From Patescibacteria group bacterium (lineage in GTDB: Bacteria; Patescibacteriota; Patescibacteriia; PEXW01), in the NCBI GenBank assembly GCA_038065235.1, contig JBBTRK010000016.1, forward strand, positions 11,308 to 75,307: a stretch of 64,000 nucleotides of DNA, in the 5' to 3' direction. The notes beneath the pieces are model-generated. The model did no database searches. It was not told the DNA's origin and saw only the letters and a list, made by a program, of their open reading frames with translations. Of the stretch, positions 19,839-29,816 are shown piece after piece (position 1 is the first letter of the stretch; each line of letters opens with the position of its first letter). The position numbers and the translations under genes are program-made.

Positions 19839-20633
19839 ATGAGTATTATTGGATCAGCATTCCTGCCGCACACGCCACTTCTTTTACCAACCACGGATCC
19901 TGCACATGCGAAACGAGTGCAGAGTTTGAGGAAGGCAGTTGAGGAAGTCGTAGCGTGGGCATACGCAGCGCAGCCAGACGTTGTGGTGTGCTTCAACCCA
20001 CACGCACCAAGCGTCGGGAATCAATTCACATTCAACCTTGCCGAACAATATACTGCGTCGTTCGATGAATTCGGTGATCTTACAACTAAAGTTGCACTCC
20101 TCGGCACACCAACATTTGCATACAACATGAAAGAAAATCTCGAAGCGCTCCTCCCTGTTGCGAGTGTCATTGAACCGCGGGTAAATTACGGTCTTGGCAT
20201 CCCGGCAATTTTCTTCCATCAGCGTATGCCGCAGCTCCCATGGGTAGAAATTTCAACACGACGAACGACACCCGAAGAGAACCTTGCTTTCGGTGCTCGC
20301 ATGCAAGAGGTACTCCTAAATAGTCGAAAACGCATTCTCTTGCTAGCAACTGGCGAGGTTTCTGCTCGGCTCACTGATGCTGCGCCGCAGGGAAAGAGCC
20401 CAGAAGCCGCACATTTTCGCAAGCACTGGTTAGAAACCCTGCATCACAATGCACTTCAAGATTTCCTCAAGACCGTGCCAGCCGCGCAAGCAGAAGAAGT
20501 TTCCTCATGCGGTACTTGGAGCGTTGCACAGATCCTGGGTGCGCTCGTCTCAATTCGGACGCACGTGAAAGTTCTATACGATGAAGCTCCGTACGGGGTT
20601 GCGTACGCGGTTGCAACATGGCAACCAGCGTGA
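19839..20633 (+). CDS. LigB/DODA-type class III extradiol dioxygenase-like protein
   Basis: N-terminal …LPHTPLLLP… and …CFNPHAPS… His motifs resemble the YgiD/LigB family. Assignment from memory. Confidence 0.45.
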   Translation: MSIIGSAFLPHTPLLLPTTDPAHAKRVQSLRKAVEEVVAWAYAAQPDVVVCFNPHAPSVGNQFTFNLAEQYTASFDEFGDLTTKVALLGTPTFAYNMKENLEALLPVASVIEPRVNYGLGIPAIFFHQRMPQLPWVEISTRRTTPEENLAFGARMQEVLLNSRKRILLLATGEVSARLTDAAPQGKSPEAAHFRKHWLETLHHNALQDFLKTVPAAQAEEVSSCGTWSVAQILGALVSIRTHVKVLYDEAPYGVAYAVATWQPA

Positions 20634-22369
20634 TTCCTCAAACCAGCCGGCGAGTACTAGTTATCCCGCTAATTCGAGTTACCCCTTCACTTGCCGCACT
20701 CTCCTACAACGTCCCAGCAGGACTTGATGTTTCCCCTGGGGGGTGTGTGCAAATTCCTTTTCGGACAAAAACTATTGAAGGTATTGTTTGGGCAGAAGAC
20801 ACTACTGAAAAGCGTAAAGGCACCAAATCAATTCTAAGCCGAAAAGAAAATTTCTATCTCACTACAGAACAACTAGCTATTGCCAAATGGCTTCAGCAGC
20901 AGACACTGACACCGCTTAACATTATTCTCCGTAGCATGGTTCTTGGAGGCAGGAGAGAATCCCAGACCAAAATCCGAGCGCAATCTAAAGTGACAATTGT
21001 GGAGTGCCCAACCGGGCTCGCTCGTCAAAAGGTACTCATGAAGTGGTCACAACTCATAGCCGCGAAAGTTGCATATACGCTTATTGTTGTACCGAATCAA
21101 GGTGCAGCGTCACAATGGATGGCACTGCTTAAAAATCTAAAGCCTTTACATATTGTGCCACCCCGGGGTGCTACTGCGCAACGACGGCTCCTCACTGACT
21201 TGCGAGCAACGAAGACTTACATCACCACGCATGTTGGACTGCTCTATCCCCTTCCCCCGATTGATCGGGTAATCCTCGACCTTGCCGATGATGAAGGGTA
21301 CTTTGCATTCGACCAAGCACCGCGCGTTGACCTGCGAGCACTAACCATCACCTTTGCACGTGCTCACTGTGCCGCACTGCTTGTGCTCACCCGCTGGCTA
21401 AGTCCCGCAGTCGTCGGAACATTAGGCTCGAGCGAGGCAACACGCATTGGGGAACGGCCAGTAGCGACACTCATCGATCGACAGAATGAACCACCCGGAG
21501 AACGTGGGCACCTCCCGCCGTCGTACCTACTGGAGAAGCTCCAAAAAACTCGAACATTATGGCTACACTCACGGACGAGCGAAGCAGGACGGTACGTCTG
21601 CTCCGACTGTGGTACCGCCGTTCTCTGTCCAACGTGTACTACGCCCCTTCGGGTCCGATCCAGAAACCCACTCATACTCGAGTGTGTGCGTGACCATTTG
21701 AAAATTGCAGCCCCAAGTACGTGTACTCACTGTAAAGGCACAAAGTTATCCACCCGAGGACCAGGTATTCAGCAGGTCGCCCGGACTATAGCTGAGCTCA
21801 CAGGATCACAAACCGTCGCGACACTTGAACGTGGCACAGTTCAGGGTGACCTAGAGAGTGCATTACACGTTGTCTCGACGACGGCGATTGGCAGTTATCC
21901 AGCTTTGACCTTTGCCGCCGCAGTCATTCTTCAACCCGATAGCTATTTCTCGCAGCAAGGCTACCGCTCGGCTGAGCAATTCTTCTCCGCATTTGCTCTT
22001 GCTCGAGCCGCAGTGACCCCGCAAGGATCGCTCTTCATTGTTACATACAAACCCGAAACCCTCGCGTATACATTCCTCAATAACCCAAATAGCTGGACGG
22101 ATCAGACACTTCGAGAGCGGGCAGAACTCAACTACCCACCCGCTGGGACAATGGTAGTCCTCCAACCTCGAAAACGGGTTACTAACCCAACTCCACAACC
22201 TTTTAATGAAATGCATATCCCAAGTGGTGTATCGAAAGTGATTATCAAAAATTCTTGGTTACTCCGGGCAGCGAACCTCAAGCATGATGCACTACTGCAG
22301 TGTATCCAGCAGTACCTCGACCCATCGTGGGAAGCAATTGTGAATCCACCTGCACTTCCTCAGGATTGA
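20618..22369 (+). CDS. priA: PriA-like primosomal protein with a degenerate Walker A
   Basis: PriA-like N-terminal (…GGCVQIPFRTKTIEGIVWAED…) and a C-x2-C…C-x2-C…C-x2-C zinc-binding region (CSDCG…CPTC…CTHCKG). No GxGKT motif; ECPTGLARQK sits at the expected position. Confidence 0.55.
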   Translation: MATSVIPQTSRRVLVIPLIRVTPSLAALSYNVPAGLDVSPGGCVQIPFRTKTIEGIVWAEDTTEKRKGTKSILSRKENFYLTTEQLAIAKWLQQQTLTPLNIILRSMVLGGRRESQTKIRAQSKVTIVECPTGLARQKVLMKWSQLIAAKVAYTLIVVPNQGAASQWMALLKNLKPLHIVPPRGATAQRRLLTDLRATKTYITTHVGLLYPLPPIDRVILDLADDEGYFAFDQAPRVDLRALTITFARAHCAALLVLTRWLSPAVVGTLGSSEATRIGERPVATLIDRQNEPPGERGHLPPSYLLEKLQKTRTLWLHSRTSEAGRYVCSDCGTAVLCPTCTTPLRVRSRNPLILECVRDHLKIAAPSTCTHCKGTKLSTRGPGIQQVARTIAELTGSQTVATLERGTVQGDLESALHVVSTTAIGSYPALTFAAAVILQPDSYFSQQGYRSAEQFFSAFALARAAVTPQGSLFIVTYKPETLAYTFLNNPNSWTDQTLRERAELNYPPAGTMVVLQPRKRVTNPTPQPFNEMHIPSGVSKVIIKNSWLLRAANLKHDALLQCIQQYLDPSWEAIVNPPALPQD

Positions 22370-22401
22370 CAAGAGCAATACATTTCGATAGCCTATCTTT
22401 C

Positions 22402-22884
22402 ATGGCTTTACTCCCAATTACTACAATCCCACATGTAATTCTACGTACGAAGACGCAAGATGTTTCTGTTGCGGAAATTCTTACAACCGAATTTCAAAAG
22501 CTCATCACGGACATGGTGGAAACCATGCACGGGGCTGACGGTATTGGTTTGGCTGCGGTGCAGGTCGGCATTGCGAAACGTCTGTGCGTTGTCACGACAA
22601 AAGATGGTGTTGTTGCTTTCATCAATCCCCGAATAACCAAGCATTCATTTCGGAAAGAGGTTCTTGAAGAAGGATGTCTCTCTATTCCTGGTGTTTTTGG
22701 CACTGTTCGTCGACCGAAGCGGATAACCTTAATCGCACATGATGCAAAAGGCAATCCGCTCACCCTAACGATCGACGGGATGTTTGCACGAATCATGCAG
22801 CATGAAATTGACCACCTCGATGGAGTGCTTTTCACCGACAAAGTGATAACCATAACCAAAGGTGAACGACCAAACCGGACCTAA
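22402..22884 (+). CDS. def: Peptide deformylase
   Basis: The three deformylase motifs are present: GIGLAAVQVG, EGCLSIPG, HEIDHLDG. Start at the ATG at 22402. Confidence 0.85.
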   Translation: MALLPITTIPHVILRTKTQDVSVAEILTTEFQKLITDMVETMHGADGIGLAAVQVGIAKRLCVVTTKDGVVAFINPRITKHSFRKEVLEEGCLSIPGVFGTVRRPKRITLIAHDAKGNPLTLTIDGMFARIMQHEIDHLDGVLFTDKVITITKGERPNRT

Positions 22885-23812
22885 ACGTTGGCGCGTCATT
22901 TTCGCAGGCACTCCGTCATATGCAGTGCCAAGTCTCAATGCGGTGGCTGCACTGCAAGGTGTTGACATTGTTGGGGTGTTGACGCAGAAAGCAAAACCCC
23001 ATGGACGTGGGTTACAAGAGCAACCTAGCCCAGTCGCACAGCGGGCAAAGGAGCTTGGTATTTTTACCATGATGCCTGAAAAAGTCCGTGTGCCTGAAGT
23101 GCAAGCAGCTATCCGAAGCCTGAACGCTGATATTGGAATCGTCGTTGCGTACGGAAAAATTCTACCCGAAAGTCTCTTGAACGATCTCCCGCATGGTTGG
23201 GTGAATGCCCATGCTTCCCTACTGCCCCGTTGGCGCGGTGCATCGCCTATTCAGCATGCAATCTTGGCTGGCGATACAGTGACTGGGGTATCACTCATGC
23301 AACTTGAGCCAGGTATGGATACTGGACCAACATTTGCCGTGGCTACCGTGCCGATTACTCCAAGTACAAACTCGGCAATGTTAGCGGAAGTCCTTGCGGC
23401 ATCGAGTGCTAAACTCCTTTCCGAAAACCTCATTAGTTACCTCATCGGTGAACGGGCGCTAGTCCCACAACCAGCAGTTGGGATTACGACGGCGCCAAAG
23501 ATTACCCCCGCTGATGGGGCAGCACGTTGGGTAGATGCCGCGTCAGTAATTGAACGAGCAGTACGCGCTTTCACGCCCTGGCCGAGGGTTAGCGCTCAAG
23601 CTGAAACGCTCACGTTCAAAATCCTTACGGCAAGTTGCGCGGAAGGTAGCGCAAAACCAGGATTTGTTGCTTTGCATCCCCGTGGCTGCAGTGTTGGTAC
23701 GGGCAAAGGATTACTAATTCTTGAAACCATACAACCAGCAGGGAAGAAACCCATGGATGTCCATGCGTTCCTTCGTGGTCACCCAGAGCTTATTGGCGCA
23801 ACGCTAGCGTGA
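22862..23812 (+). CDS. fmt: Methionyl-tRNA formyltransferase
   Basis: RVIFAGTPSYAVPSL N-terminus and an …HASLLPRWRGASPIQ… motif. Forms a def-fmt operon. Confidence 0.85.
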   Translation: MNDQTGPKRWRVIFAGTPSYAVPSLNAVAALQGVDIVGVLTQKAKPHGRGLQEQPSPVAQRAKELGIFTMMPEKVRVPEVQAAIRSLNADIGIVVAYGKILPESLLNDLPHGWVNAHASLLPRWRGASPIQHAILAGDTVTGVSLMQLEPGMDTGPTFAVATVPITPSTNSAMLAEVLAASSAKLLSENLISYLIGERALVPQPAVGITTAPKITPADGAARWVDAASVIERAVRAFTPWPRVSAQAETLTFKILTASCAEGSAKPGFVALHPRGCSVGTGKGLLILETIQPAGKKPMDVHAFLRGHPELIGATLA

Positions 23813-24508
23813 TACGATCTTCACCGACTGCATAACGTCGCCAATAGTAATGTTCTTAACCACATCCATACCCTTGGTGACTTGACCAAAGAGGTTGTAC
23901 TGCTTCCCAAGGTTCTTCGAAACGTCAGCAAGGGTTATAAAAAACTGCGAGCCATTCGTGTTGGGTCCGGAATTTGCCATTGCCAGTGCACCTTCAATGT
24001 ACTCACCTTGCACCGGCTCATCTGGGAATTTGTATCCTGGCCCACCCGTGCCGTTCCCACTCGGATCTCCACCTTGAATGACAAACCCAGGCTCAACGCG
24101 GTGAAAGGTGAGGCCATCGTAGAAACCAAGTTCAGCAAGGTATACAAAGTTACTTACGCTCTTTGGGGCATTCTTTGCGTCAAGCGTCAATTCAATTACG
24201 CCTTTCGTAGTGGTAATAATTGCTTTCTTGTTTGCAATGCGGTTGTCAGAGAGAACACCAGGAAAAGCGTAAGTCATAGAAGCATTCTTATTAGTGGAAG
24301 ATAAATTTGCAGGCTGGTTTGTATTCGCATTATTTACAGTGCTTACATTCGTATTTGTCTGTTTATTCGTATTTTGTGAGATATTTGTTTTACTCGACTG
24401 CTTCGTTACACCCGCTGGACGCATACCAGACCAGATAATGAGCCCCGTAATGATAAAAAACGCTACAATGACACCAAGACTGGTTAAGACTTTATGCATT
24501 TTGGTCAT
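23804..24508 (-). CDS. Membrane-anchored cyclophilin-type peptidyl-prolyl isomerase with an Asn/Thr-rich linker
   Basis: N-terminal TM, a low-complexity stretch (SQNTNKQTNTNVSTVNNANTNQ…), then a cyclophilin fold (FHRVEPGFVIQGGDP…GGPGY…). Confidence 0.8.
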   Translation of the reverse strand: MTKMHKVLTSLGVIVAFFIITGLIIWSGMRPAGVTKQSSKTNISQNTNKQTNTNVSTVNNANTNQPANLSSTNKNASMTYAFPGVLSDNRIANKKAIITTTKGVIELTLDAKNAPKSVSNFVYLAELGFYDGLTFHRVEPGFVIQGGDPSGNGTGGPGYKFPDEPVQGEYIEGALAMANSGPNTNGSQFFITLADVSKNLGKQYNLFGQVTKGMDVVKNITIGDVMQSVKIVSR

Positions 24509-24510
24509 AG

Positions 24511-24540
24511 TGGATACTTTTTGGGTAAATAGTGTATAAT
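24511..24540 (+). promoter_or_regulatory. Promoter for the FN3 surface-protein gene. The -35 TGGATA is at 24511-16, then an 18-nt spacer, then TG plus TATAAT at 24533-24540.
   Basis: Consensus -10 hexamer preceded by TG. An AAGGA RBS lies about 10 nt before the ATG at 24564. Confidence 0.35.
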
Positions 24541-24563
24541 TCTTTCAGAAAGGATTGTACCAT

Positions 24564-25373
24564 ATGCACAAACTTATCGTCACTGCTTCGTTCCTAGCTT
24601 TACTCGCTTCCCAGCCAGCAATAGCCCAGACGAATACTGCTACCGCACCTCTAATTTCCGGAGTAACAGTAAGTAACGTCACTGCTGTTTCAGCGCTTAT
24701 TTCTTGGTCAACTGATGTTGCTAGCACGAGCTACGTTGATTTCGGTACCACCAACCTCTACGGTAATACCCTTGGAATTGGTACTTCAGTAACATCGCAC
24801 AATGTAACACTGTTAGGTTTGACAGATAGTACGCTATACCATTTTCGTGTACGTTCAATGGAATCAGTTGCGAATTACGAATCGAAAAGTACAGATACGA
24901 CCCTTACAACTACGCTAGGTACTGTTAATACGAATTCCGCGAGCAATGCAAATTCGGCAGTGAATACTAATGTCGCAGCCAAAACTAACCTGAATGCCAA
25001 TACGAATAAAAATACAAATACAACGAAGAACACTAATGCAGCAACAAATACTAATTCAAACAAGAATACAAATGTGAATGCCAATAAGAACATAAATGCG
25101 AACCGAAATACCAACGTCAATACCAATGCGAATGCCAATGTGAACGCCGGAACGAGCATATTCAATCAAAACGTAAATTCCAGCACAAATTCTGTTACTG
25201 GAACACTCAACAATACTAATACGGATCTCACAAATGTGAATGCCACAACGAGCACGACGAAAAGCGATGGACGCACTGGTATTGTGCTCATTGCAGTTGG
25301 GGTTTTACTCTTAGTTGGGATTATTGTCTTCGCCTGGTGGAAGGCTCGCCAGCAACCTGTCGTTCGGCCGTAA
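24564..25373 (+). CDS. Surface protein: signal peptide, FN3/PAP-N-like domain, Asn/Thr-rich low-complexity region, C-terminal TM anchor with a basic tail
   Basis: …VTVSNVTAVSALISWSTDVASTSYVDFG…LYHFRVRS… FN3-like domain. C-terminal IVLIAVGVLLLVGIIVFAWWKARQQ. Start at ATG 24564; the listed ORF starts at a TTG at 24555. Confidence 0.6.
   Translation: MHKLIVTASFLALLASQPAIAQTNTATAPLISGVTVSNVTAVSALISWSTDVASTSYVDFGTTNLYGNTLGIGTSVTSHNVTLLGLTDSTLYHFRVRSMESVANYESKSTDTTLTTTLGTVNTNSASNANSAVNTNVAAKTNLNANTNKNTNTTKNTNAATNTNSNKNTNVNANKNINANRNTNVNTNANANVNAGTSIFNQNVNSSTNSVTGTLNNTNTDLTNVNATTSTTKSDGRTGIVLIAVGVLLLVGIIVFAWWKARQQPVVRP
24921..25260 (+). repeat. Imperfect AAT/ACN-rich codon repeats encoding an (N-[TAK])n low-complexity tract
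   Basis: Seen in the sequence (…aatacgaataaaaatacaaatacaacgaagaacactaatgca…). Lies inside the FN3 gene. Confidence 0.6.
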
Positions 25374-26444
25374 CTAATCGTTAACTGCTTTCTCAATAGT
25401 CGCCCCACCGAGGCAGACTTTACTGTCGTAGAAGACTATAGCTTGACCTGGAGTAATTGCGCGCTGCGGTTGGGCAAAAATTACGTGTAGGGAATTTTGG
25501 TTAACACTAATAGTACACTGCTCGAGCGGCTGCCGGTAGCGAATACGTGCTGCACAGGTGAATCTCTTGGCTGGTGTTGCACCAACAACCCAAGAGGCTT
25601 CTGTTGCCTGTAGGGCTGATGCGTACAGTACTGGGTCCTTATCCCCTCTCGCGACGAGGAGGGTGTTTGTATTGGTATCTTTCTTCGCAACGTAGTAAGG
25701 CACGCCGCCCCCAACACCCAAACCGTGTCGCTGGCCAATAGTGTAGAACGCAAGACCTTGGTGTTCACCTACAACGCTTCCAGCTTCTGTGAGAATCTGC
25801 CCTGGCGTAGCTATAACTTTCCCCTTTAAGAAATCGGTTATGTTAACCTGACCAACGAAGCAAATACCTTGGCTATCTGGCTTCGATGCTACAGACAAGC
25901 CTGCTTTCGCTGCGATACTCCGAACTTTGGACTTCTGTAAGTGACCAATGGGGAAATATGTTCGTGCTAATTCGGCTTGCCCTAGCGTGTGCAGAAAGTA
26001 CGTCTGATCTTTACGAGTATCGTCTGCAACAAGGAGTTGGTACTTCCCTCCTAATTGACGTACTTGTGCGTAGTGCCCAGTTGCAACCGCATCGAAACCT
26101 TCTGCTAAAGCACGTTGGAGGAAAACCCCGAATTTAATTTCTCGGTTACAGAGAACGTCAGGGTTTGGGGTTCGTCCTGCTTCATACTCTCGAAAGAAGT
26201 ACTCGAGTACGCGAGCCCTATATTCCTTCTCAAAATTCCAACTCTCCCACGGTATTCCAAGCTTCTCACACACAGACGCAACGTCGGCCTGGTCTTGTTC
26301 CCACGGGCACGGTTGGTTACTCCCTGGCAATGGTTCATAGTTCTTCATGAACACGCCCTGCACCTCATGCCCAGCTTCGCGGAGTAATAGCGCAGCAACA
26401 GAGGAATCCACACCGCCCGACATCCCCACGATGACCCGGGTCAT
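25374..26444 (-). CDS. mnmA: tRNA-specific 2-thiouridylase MnmA
   Basis: PP-loop SGGVDSS near the N-terminus, MnmA-like throughout. Confidence 0.85.
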   Translation of the reverse strand: MTRVIVGMSGGVDSSVAALLLREAGHEVQGVFMKNYEPLPGSNQPCPWEQDQADVASVCEKLGIPWESWNFEKEYRARVLEYFFREYEAGRTPNPDVLCNREIKFGVFLQRALAEGFDAVATGHYAQVRQLGGKYQLLVADDTRKDQTYFLHTLGQAELARTYFPIGHLQKSKVRSIAAKAGLSVASKPDSQGICFVGQVNITDFLKGKVIATPGQILTEAGSVVGEHQGLAFYTIGQRHGLGVGGGVPYYVAKKDTNTNTLLVARGDKDPVLYASALQATEASWVVGATPAKRFTCAARIRYRQPLEQCTISVNQNSLHVIFAQPQRAITPGQAIVFYDSKVCLGGATIEKAVND

Positions 26445-26447
26445 AGG

Positions 26448-28850
26448 TTAACGCTTCTTGTATACTGTGAAATTCTTTACCTGCTGGATACGCTCATAAC
26501 GCATATCAGTGACTAGATTTTCAGCTGCTTCATGATTTCGCTGCCACTCGAGTGTTCCCACTTTGGCCATAAGAATAAAAATGTAATCTGCGTCCCCAAC
26601 GCCAAGTGGGAACTGGTATAGATACTGCCGGTGCGCAAGCTGAGCTCCAACGGTGTTTGTTGCAGATACGTGTGCAGAAACTGGTACTTTCACTACTTCC
26701 GCTCGAATAATTGGTGCTATTGATGAAGGCCAGTAAGGCCGCATATCCCGCGTTTGACTGTATGGCAACGGACTAAGCCGATATGACTCGAAACCTCCAA
26801 CAACAACTAAAAAAACTATTGCAACACCTTCAAACGAAATACGAATTACTCTACGCCCGTTACGATTCCACCATGGTCCAAACCGTCTTCTAAGTGCAGC
26901 CAAGCCGTAGACTGTTGCAATGAAAACAAACCCACCAATTGCTGATTGGTAGTGATAATTTATGAGTCGTGTTTCGATACGTTCGTTAAATAGGTTCACC
27001 ACATAGTCGGGCCAGGCCACAGCTAGCCAGAATGGGCTGGCGAGCGGCAATAAGCCAACTGAGCCAAGTTGCCCAGCGTACATATTCCGCGCTTGCTTTC
27101 CCAGGATTATAGATACTAAGAGTTTGGGATTTTGAATAACTGTCTGGCTAATTGCCCTCGGAGAATCTCCAAGGGTATCATAGAGAACGTTGTACTTACT
27201 GGGTTGATTCTGGCGCGCAGCAGGCATTATTGCAAAGTAGGTAAAACCAAAATAGATGACCGACAATGCAATGGTTGCAAGGGCAATTCGACGTACCTTC
27301 TGGTCTTTACGGTCTCGCCAGAGCATGAGTATGCCAAACGAAGCAAGCATGACAGGAAGCTCTTCTTTTGAAAGGGCAAAAAGAATAGCAAAAACTGTAA
27401 ACCAACGCCAACGCCTATCGACGTATGCCCAGGTAAAACCAATGGCAAATGTTGCTGTAAGGGTTAGCGCGTGGAAGTCGAACAAAACTGCTCGCTGCAA
27501 CGTTGGATAAAAAAGAAAGCTCAAGGCGAGTACGGCAGCCAACCATTCATGCCCGAGAATACGCTTCGCTAGCTTAAAAAGTAGCCAGCCCCCAAGTGCA
27601 ACCACTATTACCTGTGCGACGAGGAGCACGTTCGGACTTGCGTAGACCCAGTATATTGGCGCAAAGAGCACGAGCAGAATGTCGGCGTGATGGATGTACC
27701 TCGACGTAATGTTCATCCCGTACGGATTCGTGTATTCGAAGAAGCGACCGTGGCTCGTGTTCCATACAGTCTGGGTCATATTACCCAAGTCGAATCGGCT
27801 CGTAATAACCTTTGTCTGCATTACGATGGTAATTGCACAAAAATACCCAATAAACAGTACGATGGCTATGCTAACGACTGCTCGAGGAGTTCTAACCCAA
27901 CGCCAAACCCACAGGAGTCCTTGCCGAACGCTTCCCCAAGCAAAAACACCCACCCATAGGAGTTCTATACAAATAAGTGCTAAACGTGAGCTCGCAGCCA
28001 GAATAACCGCGCTGACCCCGACGAGAGGATTGAGCATTGCCACAATTGCTGCTTCACGGAAGCCAATACCACTTGGCGTAATGAAGCTGACATAACCAAT
28101 GAACCAGCTGAGCGGCATTGCTGCGAGAATTGCTATCGTTGCACTGGATGGGAGGGTAACGAGAGCCGCCACGCTAGCATAGCCACCTATACTAAAACCT
28201 ATCCAAGCAATGGAATAGAAGCAGAAAAGGTGTAAAAAAGCTCTCGGGGATATTTCCCAAGTAACCCGCTCGCGTTTGAACTTTTCTAATACCCAATTAA
28301 CGAATCTACCGAGATGTCGGATGCCAAGAGTGATACATATAATAAACATGACCCCAAGCGCGAGGATCACCTTCGTCCAGAGCGGGAGTTGGGGTGCGGC
28401 GAGTGCTAAGATGCCACCCAAAAACATTGCAGAAGTGAGCGTCGCGAGAACTTCAACGACTGTCGCGAAGAATCCGCGATCTGTGGGGACGCCAACATCA
28501 CGGCTCAAACCAACTCGCCCAATAATACTCCAAATGTTTCCCGGGACGTAGCGGGTAACTTCTGAAAGCAAGAGAATTCGTCCTGAAGTTAGAAAGGTTT
28601 GTGGATGCCCGATAACTTGAAGAATACGTTGCCATGCTAGTACACGAAATAGGAAAAACGCGCTAAAGCAAAGGATTGCGACTCCAACCCACTTCCAATC
28701 GAGTGTGTGCAGCGAGGGTTGGATGTTTGACCAACTCTGGGAAAGAACCTGTACAAAGTATGAAGCAACAACAAGAACAATCGCGGTAACGATGAAACGT
28801 TTCATCCGTACGGAAAGTTTAGGCAAGCGGACCATCACCATTCCACTCAC
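26448..28850 (-). CDS. Fusion membrane protein: N-terminal MprF-type flippase-like domain (UPF0104) plus C-terminal DUF2079/GT-C-like domain
   Basis: 800 aa with more than 20 TM segments. The N-terminal ~330 aa resemble the LPG-synthase TM/flippase-like family; the C-terminal ~450 aa resemble DUF2079. The start may be 28841 or 28805. Confidence 0.6.
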   Translation of the reverse strand: MSGMVMVRLPKLSVRMKRFIVTAIVLVVASYFVQVLSQSWSNIQPSLHTLDWKWVGVAILCFSAFFLFRVLAWQRILQVIGHPQTFLTSGRILLLSEVTRYVPGNIWSIIGRVGLSRDVGVPTDRGFFATVVEVLATLTSAMFLGGILALAAPQLPLWTKVILALGVMFIICITLGIRHLGRFVNWVLEKFKRERVTWEISPRAFLHLFCFYSIAWIGFSIGGYASVAALVTLPSSATIAILAAMPLSWFIGYVSFITPSGIGFREAAIVAMLNPLVGVSAVILAASSRLALICIELLWVGVFAWGSVRQGLLWVWRWVRTPRAVVSIAIVLFIGYFCAITIVMQTKVITSRFDLGNMTQTVWNTSHGRFFEYTNPYGMNITSRYIHHADILLVLFAPIYWVYASPNVLLVAQVIVVALGGWLLFKLAKRILGHEWLAAVLALSFLFYPTLQRAVLFDFHALTLTATFAIGFTWAYVDRRWRWFTVFAILFALSKEELPVMLASFGILMLWRDRKDQKVRRIALATIALSVIYFGFTYFAIMPAARQNQPSKYNVLYDTLGDSPRAISQTVIQNPKLLVSIILGKQARNMYAGQLGSVGLLPLASPFWLAVAWPDYVVNLFNERIETRLINYHYQSAIGGFVFIATVYGLAALRRRFGPWWNRNGRRVIRISFEGVAIVFLVVVGGFESYRLSPLPYSQTRDMRPYWPSSIAPIIRAEVVKVPVSAHVSATNTVGAQLAHRQYLYQFPLGVGDADYIFILMAKVGTLEWQRNHEAAENLVTDMRYERIQQVKNFTVYKKR

Positions 28851-29808
28851 TTCGAATTGGCGGCTGTCGGTGTGCCATGCCCCGAACCAGAAGCTCAGCT
28901 AGTAAACCTGTTACGACAAGCTGCAAACCAACGAGCGTGAAGAAAATAGCAAACGTGAGCATCGGGCGTGTGCCAATTGCTTGATGACCAACGATTTTGA
29001 TGAATGCTAAGTACACCAAAAGAATAGTACCAATACCACCGACGGTGAGCCCAATGCCTCCGAAGAGATGCAGCGGACGTCGATTATACTTCGTGAGGAA
29101 GAATACAGTAAGTAGATCGAAGAACCCACGGAAGTAGCGTTTCCCACGGTATTTCGTTTCACCGTACTTTCTTTCACGTGTATGGGTTTGGACTTCAGCT
29201 ATGTGGAAACCCTGACTGGCAGCGAGGATAGGGATATAGCGGTGAAGTTCACCGTAAAGTTCAAGTGCCTGCGCTGCTTCGCGAGTATAAAGTTTTATTC
29301 CCGAATTGAAATCATGGAGTTGCAAACCCGAGAGTTTCCGTGTGACGAAATTGAAAAGCTTTGAGGGAAGACGCTTCTCGAGTGAATCTGGCCGGTCAAA
29401 CTTCCAGCCTGTCACAATGTCAACGTCCTGCTCAGTCATAGCGGCAAGTAATTTTGGGACTTCACCAGGATCGTTCTGGAGGTCAGCATCGAGCGTGACA
29501 ATTAGTTCACCTCGTGCTCGCTGAAACCCTGCATACAGTGCGGTGGCCTTGCCACTATTCCGTCGAAGTACAACTGGATGGACGCTACGATCTGTGTCAG
29601 CAATATTGTGTAAGAGTGCCCGTGTCCCATCCGTCGAGCCATCGTCAACGATGAGAATTTCGTAGGGTACACCAAGTGTTTTCCCAAGCTCGTGAAGTTC
29701 ACGAATGAGCTCGGGCAGACTTTCTCGCTCGTTGTATGCCGGACACACGAAAGAAACCGAACGTTGCGTCATATTGGGGATGCTAGCAGCTCTCTGGTGA
29801 CAGGACAA
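28819..29808 (-). CDS. GT2 polyprenol-phosphate glycosyltransferase (DPM1/ArnC/GtrB-like)
   Basis: …FVCPAYNERESLPELI…ILIVDDGSTDGT…DADLQNDP… plus C-terminal TM helices. Confidence 0.8.
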   Translation of the reverse strand: MSCHQRAASIPNMTQRSVSFVCPAYNERESLPELIRELHELGKTLGVPYEILIVDDGSTDGTRALLHNIADTDRSVHPVVLRRNSGKATALYAGFQRARGELIVTLDADLQNDPGEVPKLLAAMTEQDVDIVTGWKFDRPDSLEKRLPSKLFNFVTRKLSGLQLHDFNSGIKLYTREAAQALELYGELHRYIPILAASQGFHIAEVQTHTRERKYGETKYRGKRYFRGFFDLLTVFFLTKYNRRPLHLFGGIGLTVGGIGTILLVYLAFIKIVGHQAIGTRPMLTFAIFFTLVGLQLVVTGLLAELLVRGMAHRQPPIRSEWNGDGPLA

Positions 29809-29816
29809 CCCTTAAA

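Noticed and set aside
24921-25260. Repetitive AAT/ACN tract considered as a CRISPR-like or minisatellite element
   Set aside because: The repeats are imperfect, in-frame codon repeats inside a gene encoding an N/T-rich linker. There is no spacer/repeat periodicity and no cas genes.
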